Part shown: positions 17,567-28,139 of the stretch, piece after piece | How positions within the stretch are numbered: the first letter of the stretch is position 1 | Layout: each line of letters starts with the position of its first letter | Assembly: GCA_002067705.1 (NCBI GenBank) | Contig: MVRL01000142.1 | Location: 1,142-65,141 of the forward strand | Length of the DNA: 64,000 nucleotides | Direction of reading: 5' to 3' | Origin: Methanosaeta sp. PtaU1.Bin112 | Lineage (GTDB): Archaea; Halobacteriota; Methanosarcinia; Methanotrichales; Methanotrichaceae | Program-made: the position numbers and the translations under genes | Notes under the pieces: model-generated | What the model was told of the DNA's origin: nothing | The model's database searches: none | Seen by the model: only the letters and a program-made list of their open reading frames with translations

Positions 17567-19045
17567 CTATTCTTTCGGATCGAACTTTATTGCCCTGTCG
17601 TATACGATCTCCGAATAGGTTGGCCCGGTCTTTGTTGACTTTTCCAGGTATGCTCTCCAGAAAATCATAAGAGGCTGGTCCAGAGCTATACCGTAGGCTC
17701 CCGGACCGGTAGGAACCTCAAAGCAGTGAGCATTGCCGCTGCAATTCCTGGCTATCTTGTAGACATAGAGGTATTTTGCGTTGGGATTTTCAGGGAGGTA
17801 CTCCTCAGCAGTTCCAGTGAAATTCCTATCGTGGATCGTTCCAATACCATTCCAACCAGTCGCTCCATAAATGGTAGCGCTTGAGTATGTTGCTTTTCCT
17901 GTGGCAACATGGTTGACACCATAGATGATTATGAACTCATTTGTATCGCTACCAAGAGTCACTGTAGGATGCGGTTGGAAATCGTAATACTTCGAGAGAT
18001 CGGGGAATGGAGGTGTCGGCGAAAAGGGAGTTAGTTTTGATGTCCATAGGTAGCATGCATCGTTGTCTGGCCCCAGGGCATCGATTCCTCTCTGAATTCC
18101 ATCTAAAGGAACTGTCATGCTTGTTGGAAGTTCTGTAGCATTCAAATTGCTATTTTTATTGAGGATTGCCTTCTTCAGCTGTTCTAGATCATCCATAAGG
18201 TCAAACTCTGTCGTTCCCGTTCCACGGACCCTTAACTTTGGGTAATCGTACGGATCTAGTTTCGTAGTTTGGTTGGGAGTAACTCGGAAAACAATTGCAG
18301 GTGTGTTATTAAGGTAGTCATCGCCCGCCTGTTTGTCTTCATAGAAAGCTGGACGCATGGCGATGAGAAATGTGTCTGAGTTATTTTCTACGCCCATATT
18401 CAGCATTGATGATGGAAGCACCAGAGTGTTGAATATGTTGTCTGGATATCCTGCTGATAATGCAGCAGCTCGGATGCGTTGATCAATACCCCTGTCAGCG
18501 GTGGCGACTATTACGGTTGTTTGATCAAAGGGATCTCCAGCTGTTCCATTCGGCGTTCCTTCAGTATTGATAACTAGATTATTCACTGTGTCGCCTATGT
18601 TGGAGAAAATCCATCGGGGCTCATTTCCATACGTCCTTTCTACTAGTTGCAGATCAAAGCTGAAGTATCTACATTCCGGGGGTGTCCTTCCCACGAATAC
18701 AACGGCTTCATCAGGACCAAGATTCCAGAAAGCGCCTGCGTCCAGGTTTATTCCAAGAGTTGCGGCAATTTCTGTAAGCTCTTCAGGCAACTTCTGGCCA
18801 GGTGCCGGTGGAACAAAATAAGACAGATATTTTGTACTGGGATTGTTTCCAAGTGCATTGGGCAGCACGCCCATATCATATAACTTGATTACATCAAAAA
18901 AACCTATAGCGCCTTGTTGTACAGTAAATCCGTCCTTTTCTAAGGCTTGCTTAAAAGCAGTTGCGTCACTTATTATCGCATTCTGTGCGAGACCAGCTCC
19001 TATCAACATGGCCACCACAAATCCAAATAGTATATAGTGCTTCAT
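17567..19045 (-). CDS. Secreted hypothetical protein, 492 aa
   Basis: Long ORF, AGGAGG SD, clear signal peptide (MKHYILFGFVVAMLIGAGLAQ); no family recognised. Confidence 0.85.
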   Translation of the reverse strand: MKHYILFGFVVAMLIGAGLAQNAIISDATAFKQALEKDGFTVQQGAIGFFDVIKLYDMGVLPNALGNNPSTKYLSYFVPPAPGQKLPEELTEIAATLGINLDAGAFWNLGPDEAVVFVGRTPPECRYFSFDLQLVERTYGNEPRWIFSNIGDTVNNLVINTEGTPNGTAGDPFDQTTVIVATADRGIDQRIRAAALSAGYPDNIFNTLVLPSSMLNMGVENNSDTFLIAMRPAFYEDKQAGDDYLNNTPAIVFRVTPNQTTKLDPYDYPKLRVRGTGTTEFDLMDDLEQLKKAILNKNSNLNATELPTSMTVPLDGIQRGIDALGPDNDACYLWTSKLTPFSPTPPFPDLSKYYDFQPHPTVTLGSDTNEFIIIYGVNHVATGKATYSSATIYGATGWNGIGTIHDRNFTGTAEEYLPENPNAKYLYVYKIARNCSGNAHCFEVPTGPGAYGIALDQPLMIFWRAYLEKSTKTGPTYSEIVYDRAIKFDPKE

Positions 19046-19387
19046 ATGCTGGAATCCTCCTTACCGTAGGTTTACCGTAATTATTATCTATATACTATCT
19101 AATAAAAACTCTGGCTAAATCATAAGCAAACCAAGGATGATCTTGCAGGGATCTCATAACTCAGCTCATATGTCAATGTAACCCTCTTCCTATGATTCAT
19201 TCTGCCATGCATCTTGGAGGCCCGCCTATTCTGCAATGCCTATGCCATAACCGAGAAATTAATGCATTTTAGGAAGGGCTATCCGTATTCGCGAATCGAA
19301 GGTACTTTTCAACATGGAAAAGATAGATTGTGATAATTCAATTTCCGGGAGGCATTTTCATATCATCCCGTACAGCCCTGCCCACCT

Positions 19388-20365
19388 CTAGTCCTTCAGC
19401 CCTTCCGTGGTCACAGAGAAGACCGCTTCTCCGTCCGGCAGATTGGGCGAATCCACAAGCCTTGCAATTCTCTTTTCGCCCTTGGACTTGCGCAGGTAGA
19501 TCCTGAAGGTGGAGGTATGCCCGAGCACATGCCCGCCCACCGGTTTTGTGGGATCGCCGAAGAATGTGTCCGGCTTGCTCATGACCTGATTGGTCACCAG
19601 AATCAGGGCATTGTTCAGGTCTCCAAAACGCATCAGGTCGTGCAGGTGTTTGTTCAGCTTCTGCTGCCTGTTAGCTAGTGTGCCGCGCCCTACATACTCC
19701 GCCCGGAAGTGGGCAGTCACCGAGTCCACGATGATCAGGCGCACAGGATAATCCGAGTCCTTCGCCTTCTCTGCCATCTCCATGGCTTTCTCAGCCAGAA
19801 GGATCTGGTGGTTGGAGTTGAAGGCTCTGGCTACGCTGATGTTCTTCAGGAAATCGGCAGGGTCGCGCTCCTGGCCATCCGGCCCGGGGGGGAGGCCTTT
19901 TACCATCTGGGCGATGCGCTCCGGTCGGAAGGTGTTCTCAGTGTCGATGATGATAACCGAACCATGCAGACCGCCCATTTCGGATGGCAATTGCACATTC
20001 ACTGCCATCTGATGGGCGACCTGCGTCTTTCCAGAGCCGAATTCGCCGTAAAGCTCCATAATGGACTGGGTCTCCATGCCCCCGCCCAAAAGCTCATTGA
20101 GGTTCTTGCTGCCGGTGTTGATCTTGCCCACCATGCGCCTGCGCTCTAAGATTCGGTCTCCTGTCTCAAATCCGCCCACATCTGCAACCTCTCTGGCCCC
20201 GGCGATGATCTTGGATGCAGTTGCTTCTCCTACCTCTGCTGCTGCAACCAGCTCTCCCGGAGAGGCAACAGCTATGGCTTCTACAGATGAAAAGCCGGCC
20301 TCGCGCAGCTTTTCCGCAGTGGCCGGTCCCACGCCCGGCAGGTCTTCCAACAATTTTATCGGCAT
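19388..20365 (-). CDS. radA: DNA repair and recombination protein RadA
   Basis: N-terminal HhH ([15 protein letters not shown]), Walker [46 protein letters not shown]. No intein. Confidence 0.97.
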   Translation of the reverse strand: MPIKLLEDLPGVGPATAEKLREAGFSSVEAIAVASPGELVAAAEVGEATASKIIAGAREVADVGGFETGDRILERRRMVGKINTGSKNLNELLGGGMETQSIMELYGEFGSGKTQVAHQMAVNVQLPSEMGGLHGSVIIIDTENTFRPERIAQMVKGLPPGPDGQERDPADFLKNISVARAFNSNHQILLAEKAMEMAEKAKDSDYPVRLIIVDSVTAHFRAEYVGRGTLANRQQKLNKHLHDLMRFGDLNNALILVTNQVMSKPDTFFGDPTKPVGGHVLGHTSTFRIYLRKSKGEKRIARLVDSPNLPDGEAVFSVTTEGLKD

Positions 20366-20416
20366 CTTCCAGTTCCTCGAAATCCTCAAAGTTTCCTGAA
20401 CGATAGATCGCACACC

Positions 20417-20424
20417 TTATTTAA
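20417..20424 (-). promoter_or_regulatory. TATA-box-like element upstream of radA
   Basis: TTAAATAA on the minus strand about 50 nt upstream of ATG 20365, just after the rpa stop. Confidence 0.45.
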
Positions 20425-20429
20425 CAGCG

Positions 20430-21545
20430 TTATCCAGGCGGGGCGAAAGTAATCCTGGTGCGCCATCCGCAGGATATCTCCAATTCCTCGTTCCATCCGC
20501 TCTTGGTCATGGCATCGATGATCTCTGCTCTGTAGCCCAGGTCAAGTCCTGCCAGCAGATCGACGTGCTCGCCCCAAAGAGCGACTCGGATACGACCGGA
20601 ATTGTCTGATATGTAGATATTGGCGACTCTTCCCGCTCTTCCGTCATCTCTCTGAAACTGCCGCACCTCGCCCAGGCCGGTCACAAATCCTGAGACGCTG
20701 GCGATCATACCCGGTTTCAGGTCGGCAATCTGGGTCATCATCTCTCTGAACTGCACCTTTTTGCTGCTCTTCTTAACTGTGCTGTAGGACCCGGTCTGAA
20801 TTTCCAGCGATCCATACCTCTCTCGGCATGAGCCGCCCACGACCTCGATGGTCTCTCCTTTTTCGAGCGGCATTGCCGCCTGTGTATCCCAGAGGGTGAG
20901 CCTGATCTTGCCGGTCTCATCTCCCAGGAGCACTGAACGCACCTGGCCCGTGCCTCCATCTTTGCGAATAAACTGCCTGATCTCCCCCGGATCCACGACT
21001 GTGCCCAGAAGGTTGAGGTCGCTCATATCGCTCTTTATCTCTGCGATCTTGTAGAGCGTCGTCCTGGGGGAGATGTCTGCGTCCACCTCCTCGATGCTCC
21101 CGCTTCTGCCCAGAGAGACTTCGGTGCCGGTGTAGCCCTCTTTAGCCAGACCCCTGATCTTGAGGCATTGCCCCACCTTCAGATCTCCAGAGCGTACCAG
21201 CTCAGCAGTCTCATCCCAGAGAGTGACGCGCACCGATCCTGTCTCATCAGCAAGCGTCAGGTTGGAAACCCGTCCCATAGATCCGTCTGAGCGAGGAAAC
21301 TCCCGGATTTCAGAGACGGCGAGCACCTTTCCCGTGAAGATGACATTTCCGGACTCTGGCCGGATGCTGCCTATCTTTGTCAGCACCTCGGATGCTCCCA
21401 GGTCGCGGGCTACCAGCATGGCAGCAGTGCGGCTGTCGCATAAACCGGCCATGAGAGAGACCTTTTCCTCCACTCTTGCCTGGAAATCCTCCGGTGTTAT
21501 CTGATCTGCTACCTGCCGGTAAATCTCCTCAACCTGCTCGTCCAT
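20430..21545 (-). CDS. rpa: Replication protein A (three OB folds)
   Basis: Repeated OB-fold segments: LADETGSVRVTLWD, LGDETGKIRLTLWD, ISDNSGRIRVALWG. Confidence 0.92.
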   Translation of the reverse strand: MDEQVEEIYRQVADQITPEDFQARVEEKVSLMAGLCDSRTAAMLVARDLGASEVLTKIGSIRPESGNVIFTGKVLAVSEIREFPRSDGSMGRVSNLTLADETGSVRVTLWDETAELVRSGDLKVGQCLKIRGLAKEGYTGTEVSLGRSGSIEEVDADISPRTTLYKIAEIKSDMSDLNLLGTVVDPGEIRQFIRKDGGTGQVRSVLLGDETGKIRLTLWDTQAAMPLEKGETIEVVGGSCRERYGSLEIQTGSYSTVKKSSKKVQFREMMTQIADLKPGMIASVSGFVTGLGEVRQFQRDDGRAGRVANIYISDNSGRIRVALWGEHVDLLAGLDLGYRAEIIDAMTKSGWNEELEISCGWRTRITFAPPG

Positions 21546-21551
21546 CTCAGA

Positions 21552-23285
21552 TCATCCCTGGTTTTTATAGCGCTCTTCCAAATACTTCAGGTAAGGCGCA
21601 TGGCAGGAGGCCAGGAAGGCGTTACAGACGCTGGCAGGATCGCCGTCCGCAGTTATGGCTCCGTTCTCGATGAGCATGGCCCGGTGTGATATCTCCTTAA
21701 TGAATTCAACATGATGGCTGACCAGGATTATAGTTGTGCCTAACTCTGCATTGATCTTCTTGATGGCATTGGAGACCTCACGCATGGTAATAGGATCGAT
21801 GTCTCCAAAAGGCTCGTCCAGAATCAGGATCTTAGGCCTTGCTGCCAGAATTATGGCCAGTGAAGCTCTGACGAGCTCACCTCCGCTAAGCTGCCTGGGC
21901 AGCTTCCACATCGCTTCTCTATCAAGAGATATGAGATCGAAGACGGGCTCGGCATACTTGCGAGCCTCAGTTGTGGGAAAACGGGGAAAGAGCTCTTTGA
22001 AGATGTCTCTGGTCAGCCCCAGTGCTTCGAGGGCGGCTTTGGCATCCTCTTCAGACATATCCGTCATGCCGTAGATGATATCAAGCACCTTATCGCTTAT
22101 GCCCATCTCCTCGGCAACTGCCCTGGCCTGGTCGATCACATCGTTGCCCTTGATGCCCATTTTGTAGGCAATCTGATCGAGAATCGTCTCTCCGGCGTAG
22201 AGAGCAAACTCCTGATACATGATGCCCAAAGACCGACGCACATCCATTCTCTCTGGGGAGTAGACGACTATATCCACCCATTTGTCGTCATAGCGATAGC
22301 AAACACTGCCTTCATCCGGCAGGCGCACCCCCTGCATGATCTTGAGAAGGGTGGTCTTTCCTCCACCGCTGTTGCCGATGATGGATGTGATCTCGTGCTC
22401 GTTTATATCGAAGTTGAGGTTCTCCATTTTGAGGACATTCAGGACCTCTCCTACACAGATCTGGCATCCTCTCTTGGACAATCCCCTTACCTTAATTAGT
22501 GGGCGGGAATCGGGCCAGGATGCCAGGGGCTCCATCTTTCCAATTCCAGCCAGGAATCGGTCTAAGATCTCCTTCGGACTCCCCTCGGCGACGATCTTTC
22601 CTTTATCAAGCCAGATGAGCCTGTCCGCCAGATACTCATGAATCTCGGGAAGATGAGACACGACAATTGTGGTAAGATTCAATTCTCTGTTGACATTCTT
22701 GATGGCGTCCAAAACCTCTTGCTTGGTTGCGGGGCAAGCCATGGTGGCCGGCTCGTCAAGGAGCAATACCTTAGGCTTTTTTGCCAGTTGCCTGGCGATA
22801 AGAAGCCTCTGCTTCTCGCCGCCGCTCAGGATGGTGGCCAGATGCTGTGCTTTGCTTTCCAGGCCCACCAGCCGCAGGTAGTCCATGGCCTCCTGGTACA
22901 GCTCATCATAGTCGGCGTCCTCGGGAATAGGCAGAGCCTCATAGCCGGTTTTTCTGGCTTTAACCCTTCGAACCACGTTTTTAAGAGCAGTCTCGGTCCA
23001 GAGTGCAAAGTCCCGTTGCAGATGTATGGCGGTCACTGCAAGCTGCTGCTTTTTCACCTCATCCCCTGAATCGGGCGTGATGGTCAGGTTGTCCAGGATT
23101 ATCCTGCCGGAATCAAAGTCCTCCATGCCCCTCAGGATCTTCATGAGAGTGCTCTTTCCACCCCCGCTCTTTCCTACTATTCCTAAAATCTCGCCTGGTC
23201 TGGCTGTGAAGCTGATATTCTCAAGAGCTGCAATTTCTCTGTCCTTCAGCCTGTATCTCTTGGAAAGACCTTCTATCTGGAGCAA
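21552..23285 (-). CDS. atwA: Methyl-coenzyme M reductase system component A2 (twin ABC ATPase)
   Basis: Two Walker A motifs ([16 protein letters not shown]), LSGGE twice, DEPATMACP, no membrane domain. TTG start after AGGAGGT. Confidence 0.9.
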   Translation of the reverse strand: MLQIEGLSKRYRLKDREIAALENISFTARPGEILGIVGKSGGGKSTLMKILRGMEDFDSGRIILDNLTITPDSGDEVKKQQLAVTAIHLQRDFALWTETALKNVVRRVKARKTGYEALPIPEDADYDELYQEAMDYLRLVGLESKAQHLATILSGGEKQRLLIARQLAKKPKVLLLDEPATMACPATKQEVLDAIKNVNRELNLTTIVVSHLPEIHEYLADRLIWLDKGKIVAEGSPKEILDRFLAGIGKMEPLASWPDSRPLIKVRGLSKRGCQICVGEVLNVLKMENLNFDINEHEITSIIGNSGGGKTTLLKIMQGVRLPDEGSVCYRYDDKWVDIVVYSPERMDVRRSLGIMYQEFALYAGETILDQIAYKMGIKGNDVIDQARAVAEEMGISDKVLDIIYGMTDMSEEDAKAALEALGLTRDIFKELFPRFPTTEARKYAEPVFDLISLDREAMWKLPRQLSGGELVRASLAIILAARPKILILDEPFGDIDPITMREVSNAIKKINAELGTTIILVSHHVEFIKEISHRAMLIENGAITADGDPASVCNAFLASCHAPYLKYLEERYKNQG

Positions 23286-23297
23286 AATAAAAACCTC

Positions 23298-25316
23298 CTA
23301 TCTTACCTTAGTTCCCGTTTTCACAGATTCTCGAGGCTGGAGCAGCACGGCTTTTCCTTCTACATCCGCTGCCAGAAGCATGGCTTGCGAATCGACACCA
23401 AAGAGTTTTGTAGGCTTGAGATTGGTCAGGACTACCACCTGTGTTCCAACCAGCTCATTCGCTGAATAGGCTCCTGCGATGCCTGCCACCACCTGACGAA
23501 CTTCGCCTCCAATATCGACCTGCAGTTTGATCAGCTTCTTTGAGCCCTTGATGGCTCCTGCCTCTTTTATCTCGCCGATGCGAATGTCCATTGATCCAAA
23601 TTGCTCAAAGGAGATCTCAGCCTTCTTTTCGGCTGATTTGTCTTTCGCTTTGCCCTTTGATTCTGCCTCTTCCATCCTCTTTTTAAAGATGGCGTCCAGC
23701 TCATTGACGAATTTTTCCTCCATGCGTGAGAAAAGGATCTCCGGTGTGCCGAGCAGGCGGCCCTCCGCCAGTGGAGCTATGGCCTCCTGGAAGGATCTTT
23801 CCGCCACCGATCCATCAAGTCCTAGCTGTTTCCAGGCAGCCTCCATCTTTGTGGGCATCACCGGCTGCATTAGAACGGCCAGCGCTTTTGCGATCTGCAG
23901 ACAGCTTCTCAAGACCGCACCTGCTGCAGCTTTATCGCCCTTTACCAGCTTCCAGGGCTCATGGCTCTGGAAGTAGATATTTCCGTAGTCTGCCAGAGCC
24001 ATCACGCTGTCTATGGCTTTCTTGAACTCATACTCTTCCAGGCCGGATACGACTTCGTTCAGGGTCTGGCCTATCCTGGTCATGACCTCCGGGTCGATCT
24101 CACCCTGCGGAACCCGGGAATCGAAGTTCTTGGCAGTGAATGTCAGGGCGCGGTTTATGAAGTTTCCCAGAGCGCCTACCAGCTCGGTGTTCACCTTATC
24201 GGCAAAGATCTTCCAGGCGAAGTTGACCTCCTTGTTATGAGCGGTGTAGCTGGCCAGATAGTAGCGCAACAGATCGGGGTGAAGGCCTTTTTCCAGATAA
24301 TCATCTTTGACCCAGATGACATTGCCCCGAGATTTGGAGAACTTTTTGTCGTCTATCTTCAGCATGCCGCTGGCGACTACTGCCGAAGGCAGTGTGTAGC
24401 CTGCTCCTTTGAGCATGGCCGGCCAGAAGATGCAGTGATGGTAGACGATGTCTCCTCCAATAAAATGAACGATTTGAGCATCGCTTTTCCAGTAAGATTG
24501 CCAGTCCACTCCGTTTTTAGCGCACCACTCCTCTGTGAAGGCGATATAGCCGATGGGCGCATCCACCCAGACGTAGACCACTAGATCCTCATGTCCCGGG
24601 AACTTGACTCCCCAGGCCATATTTCGGGTTATGCACCAGTCCTTGAGCTCCTGGCGAACCCATTCCATAGCATAATTGCGTGCTGATGCAGTCCCGCCCA
24701 GTGTTTCAAGATAGCAGAGGAGAAAATCTTTAAACTGGGAGAGACGGAAGAAATAATGGGTTTGCTTTCTGTACTCTGCCTTCCCGCCACAGACCTTGCA
24801 GACTGCGTTCTTGATCTCCCCCGGCTCCAGGTGGCGACCACAGCCCATGTCGCATTCGTCGCCGCGAGCGGGCTTTCCGCAGTAGGGGCACTCTCCCTCT
24901 ACGTATCTATCCGGCAGGAATCGCTCGCATTTAGGGCAATAGGCCAGCTCGATATCTTTGGAGTAGACATGCCCTTCAGCCATCAGGGCCCGAACGATCT
25001 CCTGGGTGCGATTGTGGCAGGCATCATCATCAGTGTCCCCGAAGAAATTGAAATCAACACCCATGCCTTTAAAGACCTCGTCAAAATGCTGATGGTATCT
25101 GGCGACGAGCGCTTTGGGCGTCATTCCTTGAGCCTCGGCATTGACCACTATGGGAGTTCCATGGGCGTCCGAGCCGCAAACGAAGAGCACATCTTTGCCC
25201 ATCTTCTTCAATCCTCGAACAAAGATGTCCGCAGGTACATAAGTTCTTAAATGGCCAAGATGACAGGGCCCATTGGCATATGGTAGGCCGCAGGTTACAA
25301 GGATAGGCGATGACAA
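23298..25316 (-). CDS. metG: Methionyl-tRNA synthetase with C-terminal tRNA-binding domain
   Basis: [12 protein letters not shown] (HIGH), zinc knuckles, KFSKS (KMSKS), C-terminal Trbp111-like domain. Start set at TTG 25316. Confidence 0.96.
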   Translation of the reverse strand: MSSPILVTCGLPYANGPCHLGHLRTYVPADIFVRGLKKMGKDVLFVCGSDAHGTPIVVNAEAQGMTPKALVARYHQHFDEVFKGMGVDFNFFGDTDDDACHNRTQEIVRALMAEGHVYSKDIELAYCPKCERFLPDRYVEGECPYCGKPARGDECDMGCGRHLEPGEIKNAVCKVCGGKAEYRKQTHYFFRLSQFKDFLLCYLETLGGTASARNYAMEWVRQELKDWCITRNMAWGVKFPGHEDLVVYVWVDAPIGYIAFTEEWCAKNGVDWQSYWKSDAQIVHFIGGDIVYHHCIFWPAMLKGAGYTLPSAVVASGMLKIDDKKFSKSRGNVIWVKDDYLEKGLHPDLLRYYLASYTAHNKEVNFAWKIFADKVNTELVGALGNFINRALTFTAKNFDSRVPQGEIDPEVMTRIGQTLNEVVSGLEEYEFKKAIDSVMALADYGNIYFQSHEPWKLVKGDKAAAGAVLRSCLQIAKALAVLMQPVMPTKMEAAWKQLGLDGSVAERSFQEAIAPLAEGRLLGTPEILFSRMEEKFVNELDAIFKKRMEEAESKGKAKDKSAEKKAEISFEQFGSMDIRIGEIKEAGAIKGSKKLIKLQVDIGGEVRQVVAGIAGAYSANELVGTQVVVLTNLKPTKLFGVDSQAMLLAADVEGKAVLLQPRESVKTGTKVR

Positions 25317-25443
25317 TCTAGAACACCGCTTCTGCTTATGATGAAAGGGGCAGATATAGGTTTCCCAGCCTGGGCGGTCTTGCCTTTCCTGGACAAAATG
25401 TATATAATTGAATTGCAAATGTAGAGATAAAGGGGGTATTCAG

Positions 25444-26460
25444 ATGAGATCAATTATTATAGCCCTTTTGCTGGTCCTGGCCCTTGCAACGGCCCAGGCC
25501 GTGCCGCTTCAGGGAAGCGACGGCAACTCGACTGTAGTGCTATTTGGAGCCAGCAGGACGCCTCTGGACGATGAGAACGCCACCCATGAGATTCTGAAGG
25601 TTGATGTCGGACTCATGGGCGCAGAAAATGCCACATATCAATTAATCGATGCGGATAATATAATCCACCCGGTTGGCTTATACAAGCCGCTCTCTTCCGG
25701 AAGACAGACGATATGGTTCCTCTGCAGCAACGATCGCCTCATGAAACTCATCAATGTGACGCCAAATGGGGGAGCGCCCATTTATATCAACTGGTGGGCA
25801 ACACCCAAGGCAAGCAATGAAAACCTGATCATAAGGTATTACGGAATCACCGACTGGCTGGTTAACTCCGATGAACAGGCAATCGTCGTTCAGGTCCGTG
25901 TGCAGAATAACGGCACAAAAGACCTCCTGGTCAGCCCGGAGAACTTCACACTCCTGGATCAGTGGGGATGGCCCTATCAACCTACCCTTGGTTTTGATAC
26001 CGAGGTCGTCGCCCCGCAAAATGCCACCGCGGAACGGGTTAAACTCGGGTTTACCGGGGTCTCGCTGAATAGCCGCCCTGCTGCCCTGGCTTATGACTAT
26101 ATGACGGCCAATCAAATCCTCATAAATTTTGACAGAGATTACGTGCCGCTCTCAGATGAGCTTGTCTATGGCAGCAACGCCACGAAGAGCCAGGCTCCCG
26201 CCCAGCCTCTGCCCGCAGTTGCCGCGCCTGCCTCTGATCAAACTGCAGCGGCTCAGACTGCACCAAGCGAAGCCGCACAGGATTCAGCCAAGGAGAATGC
26301 AACGACAAAGATAGGCACCTCTATCAAGGATAAGATAGCAGCCAGCAAGGCGCGGCTTGCGGCCACCAAAGAGAGCCTGGATCAGAAGACGCCGGACACA
26401 GGTGAAAACGCCAGCGTATCAAGCGACTTCACGAATAGCACATCCAGCATCTCCGCCTGA
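25444..26460 (+). CDS. Secreted hypothetical protein, paralogue of 26588-27532
   Basis: Signal peptide; NNGTKDLLVSPENFTLLDQWGWPY; Ala/Pro/Gln linker; tail IAASKARLAATK. Confidence 0.85.
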   Translation: MRSIIIALLLVLALATAQAVPLQGSDGNSTVVLFGASRTPLDDENATHEILKVDVGLMGAENATYQLIDADNIIHPVGLYKPLSSGRQTIWFLCSNDRLMKLINVTPNGGAPIYINWWATPKASNENLIIRYYGITDWLVNSDEQAIVVQVRVQNNGTKDLLVSPENFTLLDQWGWPYQPTLGFDTEVVAPQNATAERVKLGFTGVSLNSRPAALAYDYMTANQILINFDRDYVPLSDELVYGSNATKSQAPAQPLPAVAAPASDQTAAAQTAPSEAAQDSAKENATTKIGTSIKDKIAASKARLAATKESLDQKTPDTGENASVSSDFTNSTSSISA

Positions 26461-26587
26461 GCCAGAAAGGAAGCTCGAATGGATGGCGATCGCCTGCTGT
26501 CCCGAGAGCTTCATGTATTTCTTTTAATGATATATGCAAAGGGAAGCACCCAAAAGAATATATCATAACATCGGAGGTATGTTATAG

Positions 26588-27532
26588 ATGAAATGGATGG
26601 CTCTGGCAGTGTTCATGCTCCTATTGCTCGGAATCGCCCAATCGGGGATCGCCCAGGATTACCCTCTGCAAATGAGCAACGGCGTGGTCAACTGCACCAT
26701 CTTCGGCTCTTTCAAGGATCCAGGATTTACAGGAACCGCTTATTCCGACTCATATTCCGTCCTGGTGGTAGATTCGCGCCTGAGCAGATTAAACGAGAGC
26801 GATAAAGAGGCAATTCGTGCCGTCTACAGCCTTACCGATGGAAACGACCGGGTCTTTCAAGCCAGCCCTCAAAATATAAAGGAGCTGCAGCCAGGCAGAA
26901 GGCTTATCGGCTTTGTCGTCCCCAAGGAGACCATAGCCAAGAGCCTGACAATAGATTTGTCTTCGGACAGGAATGGCGGCGAGCAGTTTTCCCTCCGTTT
27001 TCCCGAGCTGGTCAACATCAGCAATGAGAATGTGACATTGCTCTACTATGGAGTGCTCCGCTCCAGCGTAACCTCCTATAAGAAGACGATCGAACTTGAT
27101 GTGGCCATATCCAATAACGGCACAAAGAAGCTGGTAATCGAGGCCAATAACTTCACTCTGAAGGACCAGTGGGGCTGGGAGTATATGAGCAGGGAATATG
27201 ATAACTACATCAAGAAAGGCATGTCTGAAACGGTGCTGGTGCAAAATGAGACCATCAGATCCAATTTGATATTCAATTCAGTTTCGCCGCTGAGCAGGCC
27301 GGTTGAGCTGATCTACAGGTATTCCAATAGCAGCTATCTGACGATGAATATCGATTTCGAGGGCGGACTTCTATCAGCCGAGCCAGAGAATGTCTGCACC
27401 GATTGCGAGAGCCCTGAGGACTCGGCATCAAGCCTGGCCGGTTCCATCAAGGCAACCAAAGCTCGCCTGGCAAAGGTCAAAAAGCTGAACAGCACATCCG
27501 AGAGCGCCCCAAAGGGCAGGGATGAGCTCTAA
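26588..27532 (+). CDS. Secreted hypothetical protein, paralogue of 25444-26460
   Basis: Signal peptide; NNGTKKLVIEANNFTLKDQWGWEY; tail IKATKARLAKVK. Confidence 0.85.
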   Translation: MKWMALAVFMLLLLGIAQSGIAQDYPLQMSNGVVNCTIFGSFKDPGFTGTAYSDSYSVLVVDSRLSRLNESDKEAIRAVYSLTDGNDRVFQASPQNIKELQPGRRLIGFVVPKETIAKSLTIDLSSDRNGGEQFSLRFPELVNISNENVTLLYYGVLRSSVTSYKKTIELDVAISNNGTKKLVIEANNFTLKDQWGWEYMSREYDNYIKKGMSETVLVQNETIRSNLIFNSVSPLSRPVELIYRYSNSSYLTMNIDFEGGLLSAEPENVCTDCESPEDSASSLAGSIKATKARLAKVKKLNSTSESAPKGRDEL

Positions 27533-27545
27533 AGTCCATTGCTGT

Positions 27546-27748
27546 ACACTCCCACGACAATGTGCTCTTGCCTGAGGGCACTTTGCCGCCCACGGTAGCC
27601 AGGAGCGCATCGAGCGACTGCCGGGTGTACATTGGTCCGGATGCGCTCCATGCGGCCATCAAGAACTACTGGGTGAAGATCGGCAAGATCAAGCCCTAAG
27701 AGGCCGGACCAGAGGAAGGCGAAGAGGGGGGAGAGCTGCGGTATATGA
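27546..27748. pseudogene. Chimeric remnant: diverged internal secD fragment joined to diverged iscU 3' end
   Basis: 27576-27642 matches secD 29322-29387 (59/67 nt by hand count). 27640-27696 matches iscU 39581-39637 (49/57 nt), and similarity continues to the iscU stop. Confidence 0.9.
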
Positions 27749-27785
27749 AACCGACTACAAAAATCCAATTGATATCCATCATCAG

Positions 27786-28074
27786 TCAAAGGGCATTATT
27801 GCTGTTTCCCATCAATTCGAAACCCATCGCCTTCAGAAATCTCAAGGGTTAATGACCATCAATTGCAGGAGTCTTTTGCATCGGCAGCAACTTCCATCTC
27901 TAAAACCGACGAAAGTATTGAGGCTCTCCATCTTGGTCTCTTCCATGCATATAAGAATGACCTCCCTAATATTCCTCATGGCATCGTCTATGCTCTCACC
28001 CCAGGAGTGACAGCCCTTGAAAAGAGGGCAACTCACTATGTAATGCAAAGGCCATCTTCATCGATTAAATGCAT
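27786..28074 (-). pseudogene. Decayed hicB-hicA type II toxin-antitoxin pair
   Basis: IDEDG then a frameshift to YIVSCPLFKGCHSWGESIDDAMRNIREVI...FVGFR (HicB-like), overlapping MQKTPAIDGH*PLRFLKAMGFEL (HicA-like N-terminus, broken). Confidence 0.7.
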
Positions 28075-28139
28075 TTGGATTATAAAATAGAATATGTCCT
28101 GCAGGTTTTCTCACCCTGCAGGCACCCTCTTTTAAAGTT

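Noticed and set aside
19388-20365. Intein in RadA
   Set aside because: The length is normal and the Walker A region is uninterrupted.
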